A stretch of 64,000 nt of DNA from an uncultured virus (IMG/VR IMGVR_UViG_2941446319_000001) (IMGVR_UViG_2941446319_000001), one strand, 5' to 3'; counted from the first letter of the stretch, positions 19,072 through 28,209 are shown. The notes: generated from the sequence alone by a model not told the origin. Translations and numbers: made by a program.

Positions 19072-19170
19072 CCAGTTCAGGCGTGAGAGCCCTGGGCGTC
19101 TTCCCCATCGCCCAGGGCTCTCGCATGTCCAGGCTATGCCTTTATGTCCGTTTCGGCGTAGTGTGCTGCC

Positions 19171-19368
19171 GTGGCAACGTGGCACGGCCCCGACGGCATC
19201 CTCATCGAGCCGATCATCCTCAATGATCGGCCGCGCCTACGCGTCACCCAAACCGTCAACGGGCGCCGCTACCTGATCGCCTACTGCGCCAGTGTCAAGC
19301 AGGTGGCCAAGCACGTGGCCCTAGCGGACCTCGTCGAGGTCATCCCGCTCCGCCGCGGCGTCGCGTAG
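19171..19368 (+). CDS. Small hypothetical protein
   Basis: Protein-like ORF WHGPDGILIEPIILNDRPRLRVTQ. Confidence 0.55.
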   Translation: MATWHGPDGILIEPIILNDRPRLRVTQTVNGRRYLIAYCASVKQVAKHVALADLVEVIPLRRGVA

Positions 19369-19614
19369 CGCCTTCTCCGCTTTCTGCCGGTTGTCCACCG
19401 TGGCCCACCACCGGTGGGTCTGGATCTGCACGGCCAGCCTCCGGCACTCGTCCTGCGCCGCCGACCACGCCAGCTTTTGCTCTTCGGACGCTGCCTCGGC
19501 TTCTCCCGCGACGACAGCAGCGTGTGGGGGTAGCGCCCGTCCAGCGGCAGACAGCCGTTCCTCGGCCGCCACGAACGCGCGCCGCAGCTCAACCAGGTCG
19601 TCAAAGTCAGACAT
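19321..19614 (-). CDS. Hypothetical helical protein
   Basis: GGAG RBS, MSDFDDLVELRRAF. Confidence 0.55.
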   Translation of the reverse strand: MSDFDDLVELRRAFVAAEERLSAAGRALPPHAAVVAGEAEAASEEQKLAWSAAQDECRRLAVQIQTHRWWATVDNRQKAEKALRDAAAERDDLDEVR

Positions 19615-19752
19615 CGTGCATCTCCCCAGGTCATATGGTGCGAGTCGCATCTTAGAGGAGGGACTGGAGAGCTAACCGGTCGCCACTCTGGGACAACCAT
19701 CTGTGACCGGGTGTCGTCTAACAGTGGTCAACTCCCCAGCACGAAGGGCCCA

Positions 19753-20160
19753 ATGATGCGCTCTCCCCTTGTCGCCGCCGTCCTCGCGGTCGCACTCGCG
19801 GCCGGCTGCTCATCTGCCACCCGGTCCGCGGACCTGGTGCCGTCAGACACGGCTACCGCCGTGCCGTCCCCCACGCCGACGAGCACGATGTCCGCAACGC
19901 CGACGCCCACAAGGACGATCACGCCGATCCCGGTACCCACTCCGACGCCTACGCGGGTGAAGAAGACGCCCCGCAAGGTGGTGGCCAAGCCGACACCGAA
20001 GCCGAAGCGGACGACGAAGGCCCCTCGCCCGGCGATCAGGTCCGACGTCCATCCGGGCTCGTTCTGCTCTCCGCAGGGGGCGATGGGCCGGACGGTGAAG
20101 GGGACGCTGATGCAGTGCTCGTCCAAGGCGGGCGCTCAGGCGCGGTGGCGCTCGGCCTGA
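19753..20160 (+). CDS. Putative lipoprotein, Pro/Thr-rich
   Basis: Lipobox LAAGC; PT-rich linker; C-terminal VHPGSFCS...LMQC domain. Confidence 0.75.
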   Translation: MMRSPLVAAVLAVALAAGCSSATRSADLVPSDTATAVPSPTPTSTMSATPTPTRTITPIPVPTPTPTRVKKTPRKVVAKPTPKPKRTTKAPRPAIRSDVHPGSFCSPQGAMGRTVKGTLMQCSSKAGAQARWRSA

Positions 20161-20176
20161 CCCGGACGACACGAAA

Positions 20177-20208
20177 AGGCCCGCCGCTCCGTATGGAGTG
20201 GCGGGCCT
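20177..20208. terminator. Terminator hairpin between convergent genes
   Basis: aggcccgccgctcc-gtat-ggagtggcgggcct with an upstream A-run. Confidence 0.75.
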
Positions 20209-20212
20209 CGCG

Positions 20213-21535
20213 TCACCCGCTGACCACGGCGAGCTGCCGAACACCCGGGGTTCGGGGGTGGCGCTCCACCAGCTCGGCGGCGATTCTCCGGATCGACGGC
20301 CTGTCTTGCACTTCGGCCGGCGCGTGCTGGTAGGCCGTCAGCAGTTCCGCCGCGGCCTGCTCAGGTTTGCCCCACTGCCACCAGGCGCGGGCGAGGTCGG
20401 TGTGGAGCCTTCCCCGCCGCTCGGGCGTGGAGAACATGCCGGTCCGCAGGCTCCGGGCGGCATGCAGGGCGGTCCCGGCGTCGCCTAGGGCGTAGTGGAT
20501 GTCCACGCGGTAGAGCGCCGCGAACGGCCTCATCGCCGGAATACGGGCGGCGGCACGCTCGGCCTCGGCGATCCCCTCCAGTGCCCGGTCACGGTCCCCT
20601 GCCCAGGCGCAGGTGTACGCGCGGGCACACAGGAGCCGCAGGTGCGTGGCGGCTTCGGATGTGGTGCGCAGCCCGGTCGTCGTCAGTTGGTCGACGCCCC
20701 TGGACATCACGGCGGTGGCGAGGTCGGGGCGTCCCTGGATACGCAGCATCATGCCCAGAGCTCGCGCTGAGGCCGCCTTGGCAACGGGGTCTTCGGATCT
20801 GTCGGCGTACAACATCGCTCGCTCCGCCGCGATCCGGGCAGAGGGCTTTTTGCCGATCTTGTTGAGGGTGTCGGTGGCCAGGTTGTAGCTCGCCGAGACC
20901 ATCACCCACCTCGTGGAGGTGTCAGCTTGCTCGGCCGCCTCCCGTGCCGATGCGAGCAAACCAGGCAGGGCGGCGATGAGGGCGGTCAGTTCGCTGGCGT
21001 CGAATTGGCGGCGCGCGGACCGGAGCATCTGGGCGAGTTCCGCCGGGCTGGCGGCGTGGTCCGCTTGCGGGGGCACCGCCAGGGCGTCGTCCAAGCGCTG
21101 GAGCAGTGACAGTGGGACGCTGAGCCCGGCTGCTGTGAGCAGTGTGCGACGCCGCATCGGATCGGTCCCCTCGTCGTGACTTCCATCATGCAGTGTAATC
21201 GTTTCATTGCTCTGTGTGACAGGTCTTAGGTGCTGGCGCGTTTCGGCAGGCGCAGACATCGCGGCGACGCCCACCATCGCTCGACCACCAATGGCCTCGC
21301 CCACGTCGGGCAGGAGTCCGAAGATCTGCGGCGGCAGGCCGAGGGCGGCGGCGAAGCGCCGCAGCACCGTCGTGTCACTCAAAGGGGCAACCCCGCGCTC
21401 GTAGCGGGAGACCTGCGAAATCGAGTACCCGGTCCGCTGCCCGAGATCGGCGAGCGTCAAGCCCTGAGCCTGCCGGGCAGACCTCACGACAGCACCGGCG
21501 GACCGTCTACCAGATGGATGCATCGGCTGCTCCAC
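20213..21535 (-). CDS. XRE-family regulator with C-terminal TPR-like helical domain
   Basis: ARQAQGLTLADLGQRTGYSISQVSRYERG; internal MRRRTLL; C-terminal PERRGRLHTDLARAWWQWG. Confidence 0.88.
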   Translation of the reverse strand: MEQPMHPSGRRSAGAVVRSARQAQGLTLADLGQRTGYSISQVSRYERGVAPLSDTTVLRRFAAALGLPPQIFGLLPDVGEAIGGRAMVGVAAMSAPAETRQHLRPVTQSNETITLHDGSHDEGTDPMRRRTLLTAAGLSVPLSLLQRLDDALAVPPQADHAASPAELAQMLRSARRQFDASELTALIAALPGLLASAREAAEQADTSTRWVMVSASYNLATDTLNKIGKKPSARIAAERAMLYADRSEDPVAKAASARALGMMLRIQGRPDLATAVMSRGVDQLTTTGLRTTSEAATHLRLLCARAYTCAWAGDRDRALEGIAEAERAAARIPAMRPFAALYRVDIHYALGDAGTALHAARSLRTGMFSTPERRGRLHTDLARAWWQWGKPEQAAAELLTAYQHAPAEVQDRPSIRRIAAELVERHPRTPGVRQLAVVSG

Positions 21536-21685
21536 ACGAGAGTCCCGGCCTCACCGTAACCCGCCTACGGGCCTGAGGCACGGCGGTTTGCAGAACACGC
21601 AAACCACTACCGCGACGTGCAAGAACGTCTAGCAGTGCACGCCGGTCCGGGGCTTGCTGGAACCAACCGGACCACAGGAGAGCAC

Positions 21686-22729
21686 ATGCTACCGACCCCC
21701 ACCGCGCCCGGCTTGAACCTCGCGGCGGCCACAGGCGGCGACTTCGCTCGCCGCGGCGGGCAACTGCGAGTCTCCCTCACTCCCCGCTGTCAACTCGGCT
21801 GCTGGTTCTGCCACAACGAGGGCGAGATTCCGCCACGCATCACCCACCACGACCGCGCCATCCAGCCCCGCCGCCGGGCGTTCAACGCCAGCGATTTCCT
21901 GACCGCGATCAACGCCATGACCTCCGCCGGGATCCGGCGCGTGTTCTTCACCGGCGGCGAGCCGCTGCTGTCCCCGCTGGCACGCCCGATCCTGCAGGGC
22001 CTGCCCGAGCATCAGATGAGCGACTACACCACCACGCTGATCACGAACGGTCTCACCCTCACCAAGGACCTCGACTGGCTGGCCGCCACCGCGCTGGACC
22101 GGATCAAAGTCTCGCTGCACTACTTCTCCGATGCCTCCATCGCCGCGATCGCCGAGGGAAAATCCGGCGACATCGCGAAGATCAAAGCCGGTATCGAGGC
22201 CGCCATCGACGTCATCCCCCTCGTGGAGCTGAACCTTCTCCTGCAGGAGCAGAACGCTCACGAGGTGATGGACATCATCTCCTACGCCCGCGAGCTCGGC
22301 ACCGGACTGCAGATCATCGAACTCGTCGACACCGACCACAACCAGGACCTGGGCGGCGCGAAGGTCCCATCGGCCGATATCAGCTCTCACCTCCGCTCGA
22401 TCTCCACCGCCGAGAAGGTGGTCACCTCCGGCACCGGCCAGGGGCGACGAGTCTTCACCGTCTCCGGCCAGCGCGGCGAGATGACCATCGAGGTCATCGA
22501 CGCCTCACTCGGCCGCCACCACGTCGGCCAGTGCACCACGTGCCCCAAGCGGTCGCAGTGCATCGAAGGCTTCTGGGCGCTTCGCCTGGACTCGGCCGGC
22601 GCCCTCAGCCCATGCCTGCTCCGCCCCGACTTGCGCCTGGACGTCACCCCGTACACGCAAGATCAGGCCGCGCTGCTGGCGGCCGTCTCCGCACACCTGG
22701 ACGCCTTCACCGAAGGGACGCTCTCGTGA
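21686..22729 (+). CDS. Radical SAM protein, MoaA-like
   Basis: AGGAG RBS; RVSLTPRCQLGCWFCHNEG (CX3CX2C); TGGEPLL; ITNG; C-terminal CTTCPKRSQC...LRLDSAGALSPCLLR. Confidence 0.88.
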   Translation: MLPTPTAPGLNLAAATGGDFARRGGQLRVSLTPRCQLGCWFCHNEGEIPPRITHHDRAIQPRRRAFNASDFLTAINAMTSAGIRRVFFTGGEPLLSPLARPILQGLPEHQMSDYTTTLITNGLTLTKDLDWLAATALDRIKVSLHYFSDASIAAIAEGKSGDIAKIKAGIEAAIDVIPLVELNLLLQEQNAHEVMDIISYARELGTGLQIIELVDTDHNQDLGGAKVPSADISSHLRSISTAEKVVTSGTGQGRRVFTVSGQRGEMTIEVIDASLGRHHVGQCTTCPKRSQCIEGFWALRLDSAGALSPCLLRPDLRLDVTPYTQDQAALLAAVSAHLDAFTEGTLS

Positions 22730-23412
22730 CCATCACCGCAACCCGCGGCATCAACAAGCCGCTTCCTGCCGCCTACCAGCCGGCCGCAACGCCCCGCTCG
22801 GGCATCTTTGTGGTCCTGGAGGGGATCAGCGGATCGGGCAAATCCACCCTCGCCGCCCACCTGGCCGCGCGGCTGGACTGCCAGTCCTTCCACACCGTCC
22901 CGGCCCCGGTCTCGGACCTGCAGCCGTACATCAACGCGAACGCCCGTACCCTGCCCCAACTGGCCTTCTACCTGGCAGGGGCGCTGCACGCCGCCGACCT
23001 GGCCCGCAAGGCGCTACAGCACGGGCACGCGGTCGCCGACCGCTACGTCAACTCTGTCATCGCCAACCACGCCGCCGTGCACGGCCTCGACAACGCCACT
23101 GTCATCGAGACCATCGCCCCCTTCGCCGGCTACCTGGCTGAGCCGGACCTGACCGTCTACCTGCACACCGACCTCGCGGAACTGACCGAGCGGATGGGCG
23201 CCAAGACCGACCAGACCGCCGCCGACCGCGACCTGATCGCCGACCGGGCCCTGCTACGACGACTCCAAGAGCGCTACGACCAGGTCGCCGACGACGACCC
23301 GACCGCCTACCACTTGCACACGGACGGCCGCACCCCGGATCAGCTCGCCGACCACCTCGCCAACATGGTCCACGCAGTGGCCAGCGTCCAGACGCCCCTC
23401 GCTCACATCTGA
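22726..23412 (+). CDS. dTMP-kinase-like nucleoside monophosphate kinase
   Basis: GTGA overlap with the radical SAM stop; P-loop LEGISGSGKST; DRY; PDLTVYL. Confidence 0.85.
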   Translation: MTITATRGINKPLPAAYQPAATPRSGIFVVLEGISGSGKSTLAAHLAARLDCQSFHTVPAPVSDLQPYINANARTLPQLAFYLAGALHAADLARKALQHGHAVADRYVNSVIANHAAVHGLDNATVIETIAPFAGYLAEPDLTVYLHTDLAELTERMGAKTDQTAADRDLIADRALLRRLQERYDQVADDDPTAYHLHTDGRTPDQLADHLANMVHAVASVQTPLAHI

Positions 23413-23498
23413 CAAGGCGACACGAACGGCCCGTGCTCCCCGCGCGCCCGCGATAGCGTCGGCCCCACGACGCATCGCCCACCGCGGGGAGCACGGCC

Positions 23499-23942
23499 AT
23501 GACCACCGAACCGTTTCGGCCCCACGTGGGCGTGCACCTGATCCTCATCCAGGATGGCAAGGTACTCCTCCTGCTGCGGGCCAACACCGGTTTCGCGGAC
23601 GGCTCGTGGTCGGTGCCCGGCGGCTGCCTGGATGCCGGCGAAACCTTGCCCGAGGGTGCGGCGCGCGAGGCCCGTGAGGAGCTCGGCATCGTCATCGACC
23701 CAGCCGACCTGGATTTCGCGCTGGTGTGTCACCACGCCGACCCCGACGGCCAGGCACGCATCGGCGTTTTCTTCGTCGCCACCCGGTGGACGGGAGAGCC
23801 GGTCAACGCTGAGCCGGGCAAATGCGACAAGCTCGACTGGTTCAGGCTCGACGACCTGCCCGACGACGTCGTCACCTACATCCGCACCGGCCTCACCGCC
23901 TACCGCGGCGGCCTTGCCTTCAGCCTCGACGGCTGGTCGTAG
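23499..23942 (+). CDS. Nudix hydrolase
   Basis: Nudix box GCLDAGETLPEGAAREAREELG; NAEPGKC. Confidence 0.92.
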   Translation: MTTEPFRPHVGVHLILIQDGKVLLLLRANTGFADGSWSVPGGCLDAGETLPEGAAREAREELGIVIDPADLDFALVCHHADPDGQARIGVFFVATRWTGEPVNAEPGKCDKLDWFRLDDLPDDVVTYIRTGLTAYRGGLAFSLDGWS

Positions 23943-24076
23943 GGGTTCGCGCGAAAGCCCATCGCCTGGCTGGAGAAATAGGCCCCGAAACGCGAATCAA
24001 CCCCCGCCTCTCCGGAGAGGTGCGGGGGCTGCTTCATGGAGGGCGACGGCTCCCGTCTGCTCCGACGATACGGCGG

Positions 24077-24322
24077 TCAGGGCTGGCCGTCGAGGTCGTC
24101 GTACGCCCGATCTTCGGGTGAGAGCCAGTCGGACCACGCGCGAGAGAACTGCCACTCGCCGGCCTCGCGGGTCACGTCTCGCTGCTCCACTCGTTTCCTC
24201 CACCGGGTTGAGGTGTCCCCACCAGAGCAGTCGGGCCCGTCCGTGTGGCGCATTCGGTGCCAGCCCGCACGCGTGCCGGGGCAGCATCCTGGGGTCTGGT
24301 AGCGGCCTAGCATCCTGGCCAC
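24077..24322 (-). CDS. Small hypothetical protein
   Basis: Overlaps upstream stop; last of a three-gene minus-strand cluster. Confidence 0.5.
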   Translation of the reverse strand: MARMLGRYQTPGCCPGTRAGWHRMRHTDGPDCSGGDTSTRWRKRVEQRDVTREAGEWQFSRAWSDWLSPEDRAYDDLDGQP

Positions 24323-24657
24323 GTCTCACGCTCCGCTCTGAGCCTGTCGATCCTCGCCCGCAGCTCGTCCAGGTCATCCACCTTCAGCGGCTGCTTGAGC
24401 CTCTCCTCCGCGCCAGCCAGCAGGGCACGGACCTCGTCCGCGTAGAAGCGGTCACCGTTCGAGTAGACGAAGATCTCGCGCCCGTCGTTGCCGATGATGG
24501 TGGTCCGCTCAGACTCCATCTCGGCACTCCCCTCGATTCGCCCAATCGAGAATCTCACCGCCGCGAGAGGTATCGAAGGAGACCGGCCACCCTCCCACTC
24601 CCAGCGGCGGCCGTCGCCGCTCCCTCGTGGAGTGATCATGTACTCGAAGTCGCTCAC
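24307..24657 (-). CDS. Hypothetical protein
   Basis: GTG overlapping upstream TGA; coiled C-terminus. Confidence 0.5.
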   Translation of the reverse strand: MSDFEYMITPRGSGDGRRWEWEGGRSPSIPLAAVRFSIGRIEGSAEMESERTTIIGNDGREIFVYSNGDRFYADEVRALLAGAEERLKQPLKVDDLDELRARIDRLRAERETWPGC

Positions 24658-24899
24658 GCGTCCGCCGGGTATCGGGTGTAGTTGCCGGGCGTCTCCTGCC
24701 ACACCCGCATCGCATCCGCCTGAGCCCGCGCGCCGGCAGCCCGGACGGGAGCGCCGTTCTTCTCGGCAAGGTCCGCCCACGCCTCGACGATGGCGGGCGC
24801 GGTGAGGTCCTTCGCACGCAGGACGAACACGGGCTCGTCCTCGCCGATGACCCCGTGCGGGTCCTGGATCTGCTGATAGTCGTCGCGGCCGTGGCGCAT
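24654..24899 (-). CDS. Small phage protein (DEPVFVLRAKD motif)
   Basis: GAGGAG RBS; compact 81-aa ORF. Confidence 0.7.
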   Translation of the reverse strand: MRHGRDDYQQIQDPHGVIGEDEPVFVLRAKDLTAPAIVEAWADLAEKNGAPVRAAGARAQADAMRVWQETPGNYTRYPADA

Positions 24900-25178
24900 G
24901 CGGGTTCTCCTCTGGGGTTGAAAGGGGCCGGGCGGCCCAAGGCGACCCGACCCCGTAAGCCCGCCGCCCTACCACCGTCGTGGGCGCCGCAGCGTCCTGC
25001 GGCAGAGGCGGGTAGCCCCACCTTAACGCCGCTCTTATCCGTCTTGTAGTAGTAGGCGCGCCTTTTGCGCCACACTGTATAAGTCGGCTGGCATATTCGC
25101 CCGCCCGTATGGAGTGGGGAGGATGCCGCGCCGATCGACCAGCTCCCCCCGAGGGCTGGCACCCCGAGAGGACCCTCA

Positions 25179-26066
25179 ATGCACAGCAGACTCGCGGCCG
25201 TCGTGGCCGCCGTGACGCTGGCGGTGACTGGCGCGGCCATCGCCGGGCCGGCGCACGCCACCCCCGCCCCCAAGCCGAGCGTGAACGTCGCAGACGCGTG
25301 CGCTCCCCTCTCCCTGGTCAACCCCACCCGGTGGGGCGCCCAGTTCAGCTACCGCGTCGTCGGCCACCGCCCGGTCGGCCCTGTCGCCGTCCCTGCCCGT
25401 TCGACGGTTCAGCGTGAGCTGCGTCCCCGCTACGGCTCCGGCGCTCTGGCCGTGCAGTGGTGGGCTCGGTCTCACGACTGGCGGGCCAAGGCCGTAGCGG
25501 TGGTCCGTGCGGAGCGTGTGCTCCGCACGGCGAACGGCGTCGAGGTGGCAGCTCAGGCCAAGTTCGATGCTGCGGACAAGGTTCTCCCCACCAAGACCGA
25601 CAAGTGGGCAGGCTCATGGGCTGCAGAGCTCGCGAGGCTGAAGGTCGTCGCCGCTGACCAGGACCAGACGGAGCATCGCGCCGAGGCGCTAGAGAAGATC
25701 GCCCTGATCGAGCCGTACCTCGACGCCGAGTCGGCTCTCGCTGACGCCAAGGTCAAGGTCGTCGACGCCCGCAGCACGGTCAGCAAGGCCCAGGAGGCGT
25801 CCTACTGGACGCGCTGGAACCGAGGCCTCGTCCGAGTGGCGGAGTGCGTCACCCCGACTCCGACGCCTACCCCGACCGTGACTCCCACCGAGGAGCCGAC
25901 CGCCACTCCGACCCCGGAGCCGACCCCGACCGTCACCGAGACGGAGACCCAGGAGCCGACTCCCGAGCCGACCGTTACCCAGACCAACACCCGCGTGATC
26001 GTCGTCAATGACGTGATCGTCCCCGACAGGGTCGACACCGGTCTCGGCGGCCTCGCCACCAAGTAA
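25179..26066 (+). CDS. Secreted protein, probable class F sortase substrate
   Basis: Signal peptide, helical insert, PT/PE-rich linker, C-terminal VPDRVDTGLGGLA; adjacent to the sortase. Confidence 0.7.
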   Translation: MHSRLAAVVAAVTLAVTGAAIAGPAHATPAPKPSVNVADACAPLSLVNPTRWGAQFSYRVVGHRPVGPVAVPARSTVQRELRPRYGSGALAVQWWARSHDWRAKAVAVVRAERVLRTANGVEVAAQAKFDAADKVLPTKTDKWAGSWAAELARLKVVAADQDQTEHRAEALEKIALIEPYLDAESALADAKVKVVDARSTVSKAQEASYWTRWNRGLVRVAECVTPTPTPTPTVTPTEEPTATPTPEPTPTVTETETQEPTPEPTVTQTNTRVIVVNDVIVPDRVDTGLGGLATK

Positions 26067-26128
26067 TCCCCCCTGGGGCTGGACTGCGCTGGAGCGGTCC
26101 AGCCCCGCTTCCCTTTCTGGAGCCCTCC

Positions 26129-26713
26129 ATGCGTAGCCTCGCCGCCGTAGCCGCCGCCTTGGTCCTCGTGTCCGCCTGCGGCGGGAACGGCCCTTCTGGG
26201 CAAGCTCAGCCGCGCCTCGCTGCGGAAGATCCCCCCTCAAGCATCAGCACTCCCACGCTCACCAAGTCGCCTCGCGCGGCCGAGCCGGAGCGGATCCGCA
26301 TCCCGTCGATCGGCGTAGACGCCCGCATCGTCAAGGTCGGACTCAAGGCCAACGGCGACATGGAGACGCCCGACTTTGGCAAGGCGGGCTGGTACACCGA
26401 AGGCCCCCGCCCGGGGCAGGACGGACCGGCCGTGGTCGTCGCCCATGTGGACAGCAAGACCGGTCCGGACGTTTTCGCCAAGCTCAAGCAGCTGAAGCGC
26501 GGAGAGAAGATCGCCATCACCGACAAGAGCGGCAAGGTACATCAGTTCGTGGCCCGCCGCCAGCAGCAGACTGACAAGACCGCGCTCCCCGTGAAAGCCA
26601 TCTGGGGGAAGACGGACGGCCCGGCGCTGAGGCTCATCACCTGCGGCGGCGACTTCGACCGCAGGATCAACCACTACGTCAGCAATGTGATCGTGTGGGC
26701 CGACGCCGCCTGA
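26129..26713 (+). CDS. Class F sortase
   Basis: Lipobox-like VSAC; RIRIPSIGVDA; AGWY..GPRPG..GPAVVVAHVDS; LRLITCGGDFD...N. Confidence 0.93.
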   Translation: MRSLAAVAAALVLVSACGGNGPSGQAQPRLAAEDPPSSISTPTLTKSPRAAEPERIRIPSIGVDARIVKVGLKANGDMETPDFGKAGWYTEGPRPGQDGPAVVVAHVDSKTGPDVFAKLKQLKRGEKIAITDKSGKVHQFVARRQQQTDKTALPVKAIWGKTDGPALRLITCGGDFDRRINHYVSNVIVWADAA

Positions 26714-26729
26714 CCCTAGACGTACGACG

Positions 26730-26762
26730 ACGCCCGCCCTCCCGGAGGAGGGCGGGCGTTTC
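26730..26762 (+). terminator. Intrinsic terminator
   Basis: acgcccgccctcc..ggagggcgggcgt followed by a T-run. Confidence 0.85.
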
Positions 26763-26786
26763 GCATTCCTAGGCCAATCGCCCTTG

Positions 26787-26809
26787 TGTACACAATGACA
26801 ACTGTGTAC
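26787..26809. promoter_or_regulatory. Operator candidate upstream of the Phd/YefM gene
   Basis: GTACACA-N8-TGTGTAC inverted repeat containing TGTACA. Confidence 0.55.
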
Positions 26810-26813
26810 TCTC

Positions 26814-27242
26814 ATGGAGGTGAGCGAGAACGAGATCGGCCTCCGCGAAGGACGCGCCAAGTTCGGCGACCTGGTCAACCGAGCGGAGTACTCAGGCCAG
26901 ACCACCTACGTCACCCGGCACGGCCGCCGAGTCGCCGCCATCGTCCCCATCCACCTCATCCCCCAGGAGTGCACCATGACGACCTTCCAGATCCTCGCCA
27001 GCAACGGCAGCGAAGAGCCCAGCGAAGGCCCCGCGTGGCTGATCGTGGACGACTCTGACAGCGTCATCGTGGCCGCGCCGTTCAAGGACGGCGACACGAT
27101 CGACGACGCCATTGCCCGGTTCGTCGAGGCGGGGGAACTGCCCGAGGGGGCACAGCTGGAGCGTCAGGAGCGGATGCACGACCCGTACTCGTGGCAGCCC
27201 TCGGGTTACGCATTCCGGTGGACCGTCACAGCGCCCGAGTAG
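26814..27242 (+). CDS. Phd/YefM-type antitoxin domain fused to an unknown domain
   Basis: EIGLREGRAKFGDLVNRAE..TTYVTRHGRRVAAIVP; start may be GTG at 26820. Confidence 0.8.
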   Translation: MEVSENEIGLREGRAKFGDLVNRAEYSGQTTYVTRHGRRVAAIVPIHLIPQECTMTTFQILASNGSEEPSEGPAWLIVDDSDSVIVAAPFKDGDTIDDAIARFVEAGELPEGAQLERQERMHDPYSWQPSGYAFRWTVTAPE

Positions 27243-27370
27243 TACGTTCAGCGCGTGGCCCGGCGCGCTTGCGAAGCCGGGCCCGTGCACCATCTCCCTG
27301 CCCCCGCTTGCACCGGGGACAGGGCCTCTTTGCGTCACCCTGGCGTAGCCGTCACGAGCAAGGAGGACAC

Positions 27371-27622
27371 ATGGCGACCCTTGACGACCTGGAAGTAGAA
27401 GACCCAGTCATCACGGTCATTCTCACGGAAGTCCACAAAGACGACACCGCCACAGTGCAGGCGTGGCAGGTAGATCGCCGCCCGGACACCGTGGCCGAAC
27501 TGGACCAGGTCAGAGAGAAACTGCGCACCCTGTGGGGCGACCCATGCGACCAGACGATCGGCGTGATCGCGCGCGACGAAGGCGGGGAGCCGGAACTCCA
27601 CGTGCAGCTAGATGACATATAG
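27371..27622 (+). CDS. Acidic hypothetical protein
   Basis: AAGGAGG RBS plus ATG. Confidence 0.7.
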   Translation: MATLDDLEVEDPVITVILTEVHKDDTATVQAWQVDRRPDTVAELDQVREKLRTLWGDPCDQTIGVIARDEGGEPELHVQLDDI

Positions 27623-27657
27623 CCCCGTGCTCGCTGCCTGACCCCGGACATGCGAAA

Positions 27658-27701
27658 AGAGCGCCTCGCCCCAGTCCCGAAGGACCGAAGCGAGGCGCTC
27701 T
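27658..27701. terminator. Terminator hairpin ending the late (lysis) operon
   Basis: agagcgcctcgc..gcgaggcgctct; followed by TTTCGCATG on the minus strand. Confidence 0.8.
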
Positions 27702-27741
27702 CATGTCGCCACCCGGGGAGGTAGGCGCGTACGTGGGGCGG

Positions 27742-28104
27742 TCAGGCCGCCAGGTTGTAGGCGCTCTTCGGCTTGCTGGTCTGCCGCAGGAACACCGCCA
27801 CGCCAGCACCCACGAGCGACATGATGACCGCCGTCTTCTCCGGGGTGGCGTCCCAACCGAACGTGATCGCAGCCGAGATCGCAGCCTGAACGAAGCCCAG
27901 AATGGCCGCCTTGATGCTGCCGCCGTTGTCCGTGCTGCGGGTGGTGAACGCCATCCACACGCCCGCAGCGGCCAGCACAGCCGCGTTCACGCCAGCGGTC
28001 ATCTCCTCCGACCACGGCAGGAAGAACGCGGCCACGAACTGCACCACCATGGCCACGAACGTCGCGTACAGGACCGGCTCGCCGGTTAGCTCGTCACTCT
28101 TCAT
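27742..28104 (-). CDS. Holin-like membrane protein
   Basis: Four TM helices, EPV motif, downstream of endolysin. Confidence 0.7.
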   Translation of the reverse strand: MKSDELTGEPVLYATFVAMVVQFVAAFFLPWSEEMTAGVNAAVLAAAGVWMAFTTRSTDNGGSIKAAILGFVQAAISAAITFGWDATPEKTAVIMSLVGAGVAVFLRQTSKPKSAYNLAA

Positions 28105-28209
28105 GCGCCCCTCCAAGGGGTGAGGCCCGCACTCGGCGGGGGGATTTGGGAATGCGAAAGGGCGGCCCACATCTGGTGGACCACCCGAGGAAAAGACAGG
28201 TGTGTGCGG

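Noticed and set aside
21686..22729. Calling the radical SAM moaA, viperin or queE
   Set aside because: No moaC/moe or queC/queD/folE/dpdA neighbours; the C-terminal Cys spacing differs from MoaA CX2CX13C, and viperins lack such an auxiliary cluster.
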